In this document: in pieces, positions 45,734 to 55,700 of the stretch
Layout of the letters: every line of letters begins with the position of its first letter
How positions within the stretch are numbered: the stretch's first letter is position 1
Virus record (IMG/VR): IMGVR_UViG_3300025892_000008
DNA length: 64,000 nucleotides
Strand: one strand, 5' to 3'
From: a virus
Taxonomy: Duplodnaviria; Caudoviricetes
Notes under the pieces: generated by a model
The model's database searches: none
Seen by the model: only the letters and a program-made list of their open reading frames with translations
What the model was told of the DNA's origin: nothing
Made by a program: the position numbers and the translations under genes

Positions 45734-46461
45734 GTTTCTAATATTTCCTTTGTCATTATACTAGTTTTAAATCCAGATGTTAAGTCAATACTTTCGCCTG
45801 TATTAAAAAAATTAATTATTTTACTTGCTAAAATTTTATGATTAACTTCAGAAAAATGATTAAATCTATTGTCACCGGTTTTTTCATGGTATGCTATAGA
45901 AGTTTTTTCATTGTCAAATTCTGATCCGGATGCTTCACACAAATTCCCTTCTATACCTTGAATATTGTGAAAGCCTGGTAAAATTAAGCACTTAATATTT
46001 TGTTCTCCATATAATTTTGTTCTAAGAGTTAATGCATCAAGTAGTGTATGATAATGCAAAATGAGGCGCCTTTCTGAATATAAATGTCGTTTATACATTT
46101 CTAATGCAGCATACTCTTGTTCAGTAATATCTACACCTGGAGTCATTTGTGTTGCCATATGAACAGCCATATATGGTTTATTTTCAAAGAACCATTCTCT
46201 ATATAAATTAGTTAATTGTATTATAACACAGTCTCCTGATTTGAACAACAATTCTTTTTCACGTAATTGCTGATAAATGTAATCATTAGAGCAGCCTAAA
46301 ATAGCATAGTTAGTATGAGGATCGTTACTTATAGCATCACTTACTATAGTTGTCCAACTTTTTTCTAAAGGTAGATATGTTACTTCAGTCTTATCTGGAC
46401 CAAATACTTCGTCCATATGGTTCTGGGGGATTGAAAAACTATCTCCAAAAATATGCAACAT
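45727..46461 (-). CDS. SGNH/GDSL-like protein
   Basis: IFGDSF, GCSND, NHFSEVNH.ILA. Confidence 0.55.
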   Translation of the reverse strand: MLHIFGDSFSIPQNHMDEVFGPDKTEVTYLPLEKSWTTIVSDAISNDPHTNYAILGCSNDYIYQQLREKELLFKSGDCVIIQLTNLYREWFFENKPYMAVHMATQMTPGVDITEQEYAALEMYKRHLYSERRLILHYHTLLDALTLRTKLYGEQNIKCLILPGFHNIQGIEGNLCEASGSEFDNEKTSIAYHEKTGDNRFNHFSEVNHKILASKIINFFNTGESIDLTSGFKTSIMTKEILETC

Positions 46462-47081
46462 TATACTGCGCCTGTTTCTAACAAGATATTAAAAGACATA
46501 CTAATTCTATCTCCGTTAGTTTTGTTTTCATTAACACTGTGGTCTAAAAATCCTGGAAACAAAATTAGTCTACCTTGCTCAGGCGAAAAAGAATTTTCAT
46601 GTGCAATAGAACTTCCAATAGGATTGCATTTTAACGCTTTCAGTGTATTTCTAAAAACAATATCTCCGTCATCTCCACTAGTTTTAAACCAATATACTCC
46701 ACTAATATGGGCATTACCATGATCATGAATATGCGAGGAAAGTCCAGGCTTGTTTAAAGTTAACCATGAAGAAGTCATCGCTGCTTTGTAGGCAGGTTGG
46801 ACATTCATTGCTGCCATATAATTTACACAGTGGTGCATAATAGTTTCACCAGTTGTTTTCATATTTTCTAATTGCAATAAATGCTCAAAAAAGTCGCCTT
46901 GGTTAGATAGATATTGTGAAGATGAACCCCAATTTGGATTTTGTCCCCAACTTCCTTCGTTATATAGTTTATCAACTATAGGCTGTAATTCGTTTTGCAC
47001 ATCTGTATATGCTTGGTTTTCTAATTTATAGGTATATAGAGGTGTTGGAAATAATTGAAAAATTTGTCCTTCGACATCCAT
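46461..47081 (-). CDS. 2OG-Fe(II) oxygenase (TIGR02466-like)
   Basis: LFPTP, SWLT, HIHDH, ISGVYW, GRLILFPGFLDHSV, RISMSFN. Confidence 0.88.
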   Translation of the reverse strand: MDVEGQIFQLFPTPLYTYKLENQAYTDVQNELQPIVDKLYNEGSWGQNPNWGSSSQYLSNQGDFFEHLLQLENMKTTGETIMHHCVNYMAAMNVQPAYKAAMTSSWLTLNKPGLSSHIHDHGNAHISGVYWFKTSGDDGDIVFRNTLKALKCNPIGSSIAHENSFSPEQGRLILFPGFLDHSVNENKTNGDRISMSFNILLETGAV

Positions 47082-47083
47082 AG

Positions 47084-48910
47084 TTACTGCCTTTCATTAT
47101 GATCTATATTTACTAGCATTTTCGTTGCAGGAAAATAGATATAATTTATTCCTGAATTATAAAGAGTACGCATAGCATCGTCAATAGTTTCAACTAGTGG
47201 CTCGCCGCCTAAATTAAAACTAGTATTAAACAATGCAGGTACTCCTGTTTGGTTTTTAAATTCTTTAATCAAATTGTACCAATGTTTGTTTTGTTCTTTA
47301 GTAACTGTTTGTATTCTACATGTATCGTCTACGTGTATAACTGCTGGTATTTTTTCTTTTACGCCAGGCTGACAATTGACAGCATACATCATACTAGGTG
47401 AATCTTCCATCCCACGTAAATCAAACCAATCATGTACATCATCCTGTAATACAGTTGCAGCAAACGGTCTAAAATATTCACGCTTCTTAACCAAGTTAAC
47501 AAAATCTTTGCCGTTTGGATCTGTTGGGTCATACATTAAAGAACGATTACCTAATGCACGAGGACCGCTTTCTCCTCTTTCTTGATATAGTGCTACAATA
47601 TTTTTGTTTCTAATAGTATCTATAACTTGTTTATAATCTACATCTGTTGTTACATTACCATTGTATTTCTTTGCAGTTTCTCTAATTATATCTTCAGTAA
47701 TATTTTGTACTGGTCCTAAAAATAAGTTTTCATCTTTAGTTCTTAATTTGTTATCTTGAGATGTAAGATAATAATGATAAAATGCTGCGCCCATTGCAGT
47801 ACCTGCATCATTGCTAACAGGTTCTACATATATTTTTACACCTTCTGGTAAATGTTTTAAAAAGAAATAATTAGCAACACAATTTAAAGCATAGCCGCCG
47901 CTGATAACAATATTTTTATTACCAGTGCGTTCAATTGATTTTAATATTAAATCAAGTACTAGTTGTTGAGATTCTACTTGAACATTATATGCCATGTTTC
48001 TGCGTGATGGAAGTAGTGTAACATCTTCTCTGTCAGATTTTCTAAGCAGTTCTTGAATTCTGTCTTGTTCATCTTGGTTGTCTGGATCTTTAGCAGATCG
48101 AATTATATCACTCGGATCATATATTCTATCTCTAATCTCTGGAAATTCAGATTCATCTACCCATGCTCCATTAGGATATGTACAAGTAAATAAATCTTTG
48201 TTGCCACCAAAAGCATTAGTGTAAATCTTAGGTGCTTTGTTTGGTTCACCATATGGAAATAGTCCCATTGTTTTACCGGCTTCAATTGAATCAAATCCGC
48301 AAAATCTAGTTACTGCTTCGTATGCTTTAACAATACCTGCTTTATCGTTTATCATTACTTCTGTAGCACTACCGTCGGCATTATAGTGCTCAGTTCTCCA
48401 AGGCCCGTTTCCTCCAAAATGCTTATAAATTTCTGTAAACGTTGCAGGATATGCGCAATCGTATATACTTTCAACCTCAAACATAGTTTGTCCATCTGGT
48501 CGTTCTACAAATGTTCCTGCTCCATCAACAATTATAGCACTTGCCTTTTCAAATCCTGATCTATAAAATGCTAGTGCAGCATGACTTCTGTGATGTTGCG
48601 CATGATATTTAACAACCTGTGTTTCAGGGTCTTCAATTAATCTTAATTTTCTAGCAAGTGCAGTATATACATCTTGACGGACGTAATCGTTTAGAGGTTC
48701 GTCTGCGTCTTGCGTATGAGATATTGCAAGATAATCAATCTTATCTGTATAATCTAAAATTTTAATCATACTTGCAAGAGGTCCTCCGTCGTATTTGTAA
48801 CGGGATAATCTTTCTTCTTCAATTGCAAATACAATTTCGCCGTCTTTTAAAAGACAAACACCTGCATTGTGCCCTCTAGCAATTCCTGCAATGTAGCCTG
48901 TTTTTCTCAT
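47084..48910 (-). CDS. O-carbamoyltransferase (NodU/CmcH/TobZ family)
   Basis: GHNAG, EEERLSR.K, HHRSHA, VDGAG, AGKTMGL.PYG, GGYALNC, E.GPRALGNRS, REYFRPFA, NTSFNL.GEP. Confidence 0.93.
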   Translation of the reverse strand: MRKTGYIAGIARGHNAGVCLLKDGEIVFAIEEERLSRYKYDGGPLASMIKILDYTDKIDYLAISHTQDADEPLNDYVRQDVYTALARKLRLIEDPETQVVKYHAQHHRSHAALAFYRSGFEKASAIIVDGAGTFVERPDGQTMFEVESIYDCAYPATFTEIYKHFGGNGPWRTEHYNADGSATEVMINDKAGIVKAYEAVTRFCGFDSIEAGKTMGLFPYGEPNKAPKIYTNAFGGNKDLFTCTYPNGAWVDESEFPEIRDRIYDPSDIIRSAKDPDNQDEQDRIQELLRKSDREDVTLLPSRRNMAYNVQVESQQLVLDLILKSIERTGNKNIVISGGYALNCVANYFFLKHLPEGVKIYVEPVSNDAGTAMGAAFYHYYLTSQDNKLRTKDENLFLGPVQNITEDIIRETAKKYNGNVTTDVDYKQVIDTIRNKNIVALYQERGESGPRALGNRSLMYDPTDPNGKDFVNLVKKREYFRPFAATVLQDDVHDWFDLRGMEDSPSMMYAVNCQPGVKEKIPAVIHVDDTCRIQTVTKEQNKHWYNLIKEFKNQTGVPALFNTSFNLGGEPLVETIDDAMRTLYNSGINYIYFPATKMLVNIDHNERQ

Positions 48911-49842
48911 TATTGTTTTCCTAAAGTATCTTTAATTTGTTTTACAATTTTTTTCTTAGTGTCTGAGCTCAGTTTCATTAAGTTTTCATTCTGTCTATCA
49001 ATCCTAATATCTATTGCTACTCTTAAAGGAGAATATTTTCTTTCACCTATTCCGTTGTCTATAATTTTTAGTGTAGTGCTTTCCGGATAGGAAATGTTTT
49101 CAGGAAATGTACTACCTATAACTACTGTGCCAGGTTTTTTAAGAGCGTGAACAACATGTTGTCCTACTGAATCACAACCTAAGAAATAATCCGCAGCATT
49201 GATAATTGCAGTCCATTGTAATAAACTTACTTCTTCTGGAAACATTACATTAAGATTTTTATCAGTTGGTATTTTCATAGAGCTCATTAGTATGACAGCA
49301 TAATCTTTATTCAATTCTTCAAGTAAGTCTATAATATCATCTACTTCAAACGACCTGCCGCTTTCATCAACAATTACACCGCCATGTATTGTAGCAGTAG
49401 ATCCAAATGGTTGAAATATTATAACTTTATCTTTTTTGAAATGTCTTTTTGCTTCTGCTACTAGCTCTTCTCCTGTTGCAATATCTTTTTTTCCTACAAA
49501 GAGTTCGTTATATTCTTTTGTTTCTGGAATTGTTTCAGGTGGATAATCATAGTTAATCAACATGTCAAAGGATTGAACTAGATTGGCTCGTTGAGTAAAA
49601 TACGCATTAAGTTTGTAAGGTTCAGGTGTAATGATTTCTCTATCTTTCAATTTGTCAAAAAGATTAGGATCATTAGCAGGAAAGGTATTGTTTACTAATA
49701 TTTTGCTAGTAAGATATAAATCAATCCAACCTTCTACAATAATAGGTGCTGTTGGATCTATATTTTTTAAATGATATTCTAGTGCTGGAATCGCACAAAG
49801 AACGCGACCTGCGCCACCGTTAATAAAGAATGCTTTTTTCAT
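48910..49842 (-). CDS. GT-B glycosyltransferase, GT9 (heptosyltransferase)-like
   Basis: INGGAGRVLCAIPAL (compare GG.GD), IIFQPFG, IINAADYFLGCDSVGQH..HAL.KP..V. Confidence 0.6.
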   Translation of the reverse strand: MKKAFFINGGAGRVLCAIPALEYHLKNIDPTAPIIVEGWIDLYLTSKILVNNTFPANDPNLFDKLKDREIITPEPYKLNAYFTQRANLVQSFDMLINYDYPPETIPETKEYNELFVGKKDIATGEELVAEAKRHFKKDKVIIFQPFGSTATIHGGVIVDESGRSFEVDDIIDLLEELNKDYAVILMSSMKIPTDKNLNVMFPEEVSLLQWTAIINAADYFLGCDSVGQHVVHALKKPGTVVIGSTFPENISYPESTTLKIIDNGIGERKYSPLRVAIDIRIDRQNENLMKLSSDTKKKIVKQIKDTLGKQ

Positions 49843-49921
49843 TAATATTATAACCTTTGCTAAATGCTGTAGTTATAATATTTATTTTATAGATTTATGC
49901 TAAGGTAGTAATGTGAATAGT

Positions 49922-50647
49922 TTAATTTACACCGTTTGGAAGCATGCTAATAGCATCATCATCGTCACTAGTTCTTTCAGCGATCATTGTAACTCTAACA
50001 TTTTCATCATTAAAGTTTGGATCAGGAGCATCGTCAGGTGCTAATGGAAATCTTACCAAATTTCCAGGAACTCCATCCCACGTTACTGGCATATCTCTTA
50101 GTTTTTGTCTATATTCTCGCCATTGAGTTTTTAATGAGTCTGGCATATCTTCTGCTAGTTTGCCATCGGTGTTTGCTAATCGCAGATTTCTTTCTTGTCT
50201 TAAGAAATCCCAACCTTCAACATAGGCTGCTCTATCCATCGGTGCCCATTCTAAAGGTTTTTTATAATCATCGTATAATGCATATTCGTTATAAACTTCA
50301 CAAATGTGTGTAGGATCAGGAATGATAGCGTTTGGTTGATCACTAGGACCAACTGCTACTTCGTATACTTTTGGTTCTTCTATACCGCCCCACAATAAAG
50401 CAATTTTAATTGTGTTAACATCAGTATCTGCCTTTAATATTTCTCTTCTTAGGTTTTGTGGAAGTGGACAATCAGGCTCTTCTTCATGTGAATGACACTG
50501 TTCTAAGTATCCTGTTTCTTTATCAATCCATAGTACGATCTCTGCCGGACCGTTATAATGCATAGTACTAGTTTTACCCAGATCAGTTGTTGATGAATAC
50601 ATAGTATCTGGTAAACTGTAAGTTAGTGTTTTTTGTATATTTGCCAT
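49922..50647 (-). CDS. Tail fibre assembly chaperone-like protein
   Basis: C-terminal LRQERNLRL..TD...W..YRQ.LRDMP motif. Confidence 0.75.
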   Translation of the reverse strand: MANIQKTLTYSLPDTMYSSTTDLGKTSTMHYNGPAEIVLWIDKETGYLEQCHSHEEEPDCPLPQNLRREILKADTDVNTIKIALLWGGIEEPKVYEVAVGPSDQPNAIIPDPTHICEVYNEYALYDDYKKPLEWAPMDRAAYVEGWDFLRQERNLRLANTDGKLAEDMPDSLKTQWREYRQKLRDMPVTWDGVPGNLVRFPLAPDDAPDPNFNDENVRVTMIAERTSDDDDAISMLPNGVN

Positions 50648-50656
50648 GTTTAATCC

Positions 50657-51484
50657 TTAACTGTATGTTACTCTTACTAATCCGCCTGCACCGAATGATC
50701 CCCAACAAGCATTACTTGAACCAGTACCGTGTCCTGCTCCACCACCGCCTGGAAATGCTGCGTGTGCTGAACAACAAGCCAAGTTACCTGTACACCAGTG
50801 TTTGCCGCCTACTCCGTGTGGTGCTGCAAATGGTCCTGAAGGGCCGCCTGCTACCGAGAAGTAATCAGCACAACAGTTGTACTGTCTGTTCATTGAACCT
50901 GCTGTTCCTCTAAATGACATATCAGCGCCATAAGTTGCTTCGTTACATGCATTTGCTTGCCAACTACTGTTATATAAACCTCTGTTACACTGAACGTTAC
51001 CAATATGACAGTTATAACAGTTTGAAGATTTATCCCAAACTGTAGGACCGCCCATGCCGCCTGTTGCACAGAAATTACTTAAACCTGTACCATTAACATA
51101 ACTTCTGCAACCATGACGGTTGTTTACGTTACATCTACAACAACAACTACATGCTGAAGATCCAGCAGCACAAATTGTGTATGATGTGCCATCGCTAAAT
51201 CCGTGTACTGATTTTTGTAGTGTTTTTACAGCGTAGTTTCCGCCCTGTCCACCAATTCCGTTATCATAGTCACCACCTGATGAGCCACCTGGGCCTCCAC
51301 CTGATAGTATTTCAAATTTAATTGATGTAGTTCCTGCTGGTACAGACCAACTACAACATCTTCCGCCATTACATGGTGTCCACCAATCGCCGTCATATAC
51401 ATAAAATTCGTAACCTTCGGCAATTTTACATTGATGTTGATTGTTTGAATAAACTATACCTTTGTCTGATAATTGTACTGGCAT
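50657..51484 (-). CDS. Gly- and Cys-rich fibre tip/adhesin-like protein
   Basis: WSVPAG...I.FEILSGGG.GG, further polyGly motifs, GAGGLVRVTY C-terminus; 22 Cys. Confidence 0.65.
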   Translation of the reverse strand: MPVQLSDKGIVYSNNQHQCKIAEGYEFYVYDGDWWTPCNGGRCCSWSVPAGTTSIKFEILSGGGPGGSSGGDYDNGIGGQGGNYAVKTLQKSVHGFSDGTSYTICAAGSSACSCCCRCNVNNRHGCRSYVNGTGLSNFCATGGMGGPTVWDKSSNCYNCHIGNVQCNRGLYNSSWQANACNEATYGADMSFRGTAGSMNRQYNCCADYFSVAGGPSGPFAAPHGVGGKHWCTGNLACCSAHAAFPGGGGAGHGTGSSNACWGSFGAGGLVRVTYS

Positions 51485-52356
51485 TATGCGTCTCCTCGTT
51501 TAATCATATCTAATTCTTCTTTTAAACTTTTTATAGATTCTATTAGCAGTGGAATAATTCTCTCATAATTTACAGCAAGATATCCATCTTCTCTTTCTAC
51601 TACTGCTGATGGAAGAACTTCTTGTACTTCTTGGGCAACAACCCCGTAGTCACGTTCTGTTCTTTCTGGATGCATCTCTTGCGCAATACTGTTCCAGTTA
51701 TATTCGTATCCTGAAATCTTTGCAATTTTTTCTAAACTGCCATCAATTTTTTCAAGGTTTTCTTTTAGTCTTTTGTCTGAAGATGCATATGAATATATAT
51801 CTCCACCTACATACATTGCTCCTGAAACTCCAACGCCGCCTGTTACTACTAATGTTCCAGTAGTTTTACTTGTTGACGCTGTGTTACCACCTAGTGTCAT
51901 TTTTCCTGTACTTGGCTGGAATGCTAATTTTGTTGTTGATACGTCTGTAACTGTTAGAAACCCTGAAGTTTGTGTTGTGATAACAGGGTAATATGTTGCA
52001 CTTGCTGCTGTTTCGTCAGTGTGTGTTGCACCTGCTGCTTGCCATGATAACACTCCACTACCGTTTGATACTAGAGCATATCCTGATACTGCTGCATCTG
52101 CTGCTGGTAAAGTCCATGTAACATCACTTGCAATAGTTGTAGGTGCTTTAAAAGCAACATAGTTTGAATCATCTGAGTCACCAAATCTTAAATCTGATTG
52201 TAACCCTAAATGCGTATTTGCTTGTATGTTAACTCTACCAGATCCTTGAGGATCAATAGTAATGTCTAGACCTGGTGCTGCGCTAATAGTAGTATTCGTA
52301 ATGTTAATTCCACCGAATGCACCACCAACTTCACCTGTTGTTATCTTTCTTGCCAT
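51484..52356 (-). CDS. Tail fibre protein with C-terminal intramolecular chaperone (peptidase S74)
   Basis: SDKRLKEN, Y.W, GVVAQEVQEVLP.AV, V.Y..IIPLLIESIKSL. Confidence 0.85.
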   Translation of the reverse strand: MARKITTGEVGGAFGGINITNTTISAAPGLDITIDPQGSGRVNIQANTHLGLQSDLRFGDSDDSNYVAFKAPTTIASDVTWTLPAADAAVSGYALVSNGSGVLSWQAAGATHTDETAASATYYPVITTQTSGFLTVTDVSTTKLAFQPSTGKMTLGGNTASTSKTTGTLVVTGGVGVSGAMYVGGDIYSYASSDKRLKENLEKIDGSLEKIAKISGYEYNWNSIAQEMHPERTERDYGVVAQEVQEVLPSAVVEREDGYLAVNYERIIPLLIESIKSLKEELDMIKRGDA

Positions 52357-52385
52357 TTAGTTTTCCTCTTAGTTACGACCTATCA

Positions 52386-52715
52386 TTATACAGTTGCTGT
52401 CTCAATACCCATTGCCACTGCGCTGATTCCAACGGTAGCAGCATAGATACTAATAATTTTACCTGTGTCTAAAACAAGTCCTGTTCTTTCTAACACACCA
52501 TTTGCTGCAATGCTTGTACCGTATTCGATAAACTCGCTATTTGCTGGTGCACCTGGACCTGCTGTTGTTGTAATTGCTACTCTAACTTGAATAGCACTAC
52601 TAGTTCTATTAGCAAGGCTAATTGAAGCCACTGCAAATGTATCTGCCGGAACTGTGTATAAATCAGTGTACGCTAACGCACCTAAATCTACTGCTCCTAA
52701 TCTTCCTGTTGCCAT
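52386..52715 (-). CDS. Small virion structural protein (109 aa)
   Basis: GGAG SD, CTAAATA upstream; LYTVPA, ERTGLVL. Confidence 0.7.
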   Translation of the reverse strand: MATGRLGAVDLGALAYTDLYTVPADTFAVASISLANRTSSAIQVRVAITTTAGPGAPANSEFIEYGTSIAANGVLERTGLVLDTGKIISIYAATVGISAVAMGIETATV

Positions 52716-52737
52716 TTTATTTGTTCTCCACTGTTAT

Positions 52738-55700
52738 TTAGTTCAAAAAGTAATTATATGCTAAAGGAAGGCCCACAACGCCACCTTTAAAGTTGAATTT
52801 AGCATTCATTTCAATTACACCGCCTGTTGTAGTAGTAATAGTGTTGTTTTGGATTGTAATAAATCCAGCCGTTACACTGTTAACGTTAAGAGAAGCACCA
52901 CCGCCACCAATTTGTGAACTGATGTACGATTTAATTGCTCTCTGCGTTGGAACAATATTATCACTATTAGCACTAAAGAATGGATCTGTACTAAACTCTT
53001 GTACACTTGCTGAGTTACCACCTAGTGTAACTTCACCTAGTGTAAGTTCTTGTAGTCCTGAAATATTAAATGCATCAGCATTCAATGTTGCAACACCAGT
53101 TGATTGTTCAATTGTAAACAAGTCGCCAACTCTAAAGTTACCGTCTTGGTCAGTTGATGTAAAGAATACTCTACCACCGTTGTTATCTTTTGTTTCATTT
53201 GCTTGATCTGGCAACTGAGTTGGTGTATTAGGATAGTTAGTAGTAGTAAATCCACCAGTACCAACATCTAGGAAATCGTGTCCTGTCAAACGTACCTGTG
53301 AATATCTAATTCTAGTAGTTACTGTTGCTCCATCTGGTGGTGTATCAAATACTGTTACATCTGGTGCAATTTGTAAGAATGCTGTATAACTTCCATCATA
53401 TGAACCTAGTAGTGAAATAACCTGTACCAGTTTAAATGTTCTTTCTGGCAAGTGTCCAAACACAACGTTTGATCCTACTGCTGGAATTTTTGAAAGTCTT
53501 CTTACAGCAACAAACTGTCCGCTTTGGAATAAGTCTGCAAAACCGTTACCACTTAACAAGTCTGCACTTGCTGAAGTATATCCTGTTCCTCTATTAGTAA
53601 AGGATGGGCAACCTAATGCACCTTTACCGATTCTAACTTGTGTAGGTGCTTCGTATGTATTATTAGGATCTGTAATAGTTAATGTAGGTGCTGTGCTATA
53701 TCCACTGCCTGGCTCTACAAGTCTAATTGCAAATATTTTTTCAGTTGCAACAAATGCTCTACCAGTAGTAGTTGCACCTGCTTTAATTTGCATTGCTCCG
53801 TTACCACTTCCTTGTCTAACTCCTAAGAAACTACCTACTTGCTGTGGATTACCAAATGCTGTTGCTACTAATCCATTGCTTTCTGCATGTGTTCTTGCAG
53901 TCCAAACAATACCATCTGGTGATGTAGCATAATTTGCACCGTTACTTACTGCTACAAACATACCTTGTCCGTATTCAATATTAGACCATTGTGCTGTAGC
54001 CGGAAGTGTACTTGCTATCCATGTTACTCCACCGTCAATACTTACTGCGGCTACTGTTCCGTTTGTTGATGAAACTGCAACGAATCTGTTATTACCATAA
54101 GTTACACTGCTCCAGTTTGAGCTGCTTGGTAAAGTTGCTGCTGTCCATGTTACTCCAAGATCGCTGGAGTATGCTGCTGCTGTGCCGCCACTTGCTACTG
54201 CTACCCAGTATCCTTGACCGTATGCAATGCTTTCCCAAGTTGTTGCACTAGGTAATGTTCCTGGGGAAGTCCATGATACGCCGTTAGTTATTGACAGTGC
54301 AACTGCGTTTGTACCAGTTTTGATTGCCATAAAGTTACCAGCACCGTATCCAATTGCGTTCCAAGTTCCTGTGCTTGGTAAATTACCACCTGCTACATAA
54401 GTTGCACCAGCGTCTAATGAATAAGCAACATCATCAACACCACTGCCTCCTGCTATAGCAACTATTGCTGCTGCATTTTCTCTTGCTTCACCTGCAATTG
54501 TTGTAAATGATCCTACACCAGTAGCAACAAATGTTGTTCCTGTAACAATTGAAGTTGATCCAATTGATAACCAAGGTGTGTCACCTGGTGTTGTAATTGT
54601 GTAAGAACGTCCTACAACAAAATTTCCTGCACTAATAACTCTTTGTAAGCGTCCTGCAGCAATTCCTGTCCAAGTTGTACTTACTGGTAATGCTGTGCCT
54701 GCAGTAAATGTAGATGCATCTAATGATGCGTTTGTAGTTGTACCACTTGCACTACTAATTGCAACAAATGTTCCACCTCGTGCTGTACCATCCTTATCAA
54801 ATGCTAGGATTGCACCAGAGGAAGCATTAACTGATGTAATTGTAATTGTAATGTTGTTTGCGCCGGTTGTTCCGCCAACTGCTGCACCGTTAAATGTTAA
54901 AACTTCATTTGCAGCATAGCCAGTTCCGCCAGCAATTAAATCAACTCTATACTTGGTACCTTTTGCAGTAACATTAAATGTTGCGCCAGATCCAGATCCT
55001 GTTGTTGAGTTTTGTGAAATAGTTGCATAAGTGTTATAGAACTCACTATATGTAATTCCTGTCCAAGTTGTACTTCCATTAGTAGTTCTAGCAGTAGTAC
55101 TATGAGTTGGTGCAGTAAACGCTACTTGAGGTTCAATTGTATAAGTTGTTGATGCATCAGGTGCTGCAATAGTAGTACCTGGTACTATATGATCCCAGCC
55201 TGCTGCGCCTGTTGAAGGTTTTGTAACAGTTGCTACTTTAGTACCTGAGTTATATGTTGCAATATTACCAAACTGCCCAACACCTGTACCGCCATCTAGG
55301 TAAACTCTCATACCTATATAAGCCAAAGATGTTTCAGAGTCAGTTGCAGCAATTGTAATTTGTGATGTTGTTCCGCCCTGTGCAGTGTTTGAATTTGTAA
55401 TGTATCCAAACCCACCGTAGTTTCCTGCTGCTTCTGGTGCTGATGTTGAATCATCAACATTATCAAGAAGTCTTACTTCGAATACAGAGTCATCTCTAAA
55501 TTCTTTATCTTGTTCTGCTGTTGCATTTGATCCTGCACCAAACAGTCCCCATTGAGTTTCAGTGTATTCTGAACCAGCATTAGTAAATTCAAAGTTAAGA
55601 ATTTTATTAGCAGCGTCAGTCATAACACTTCCAACTGTTGATTCAAACTGTAATCTGTTATCAACAATCGCTGTTCCAGGAGTTTCAGTTGAATCAAAAC

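Noticed and set aside
50657-51484. Cys-rich ORF as a RiPP precursor
   Set aside because: It is too long, has an adhesin-type polyglycine architecture, and no radical SAM or lanthipeptide enzyme is present in the window.
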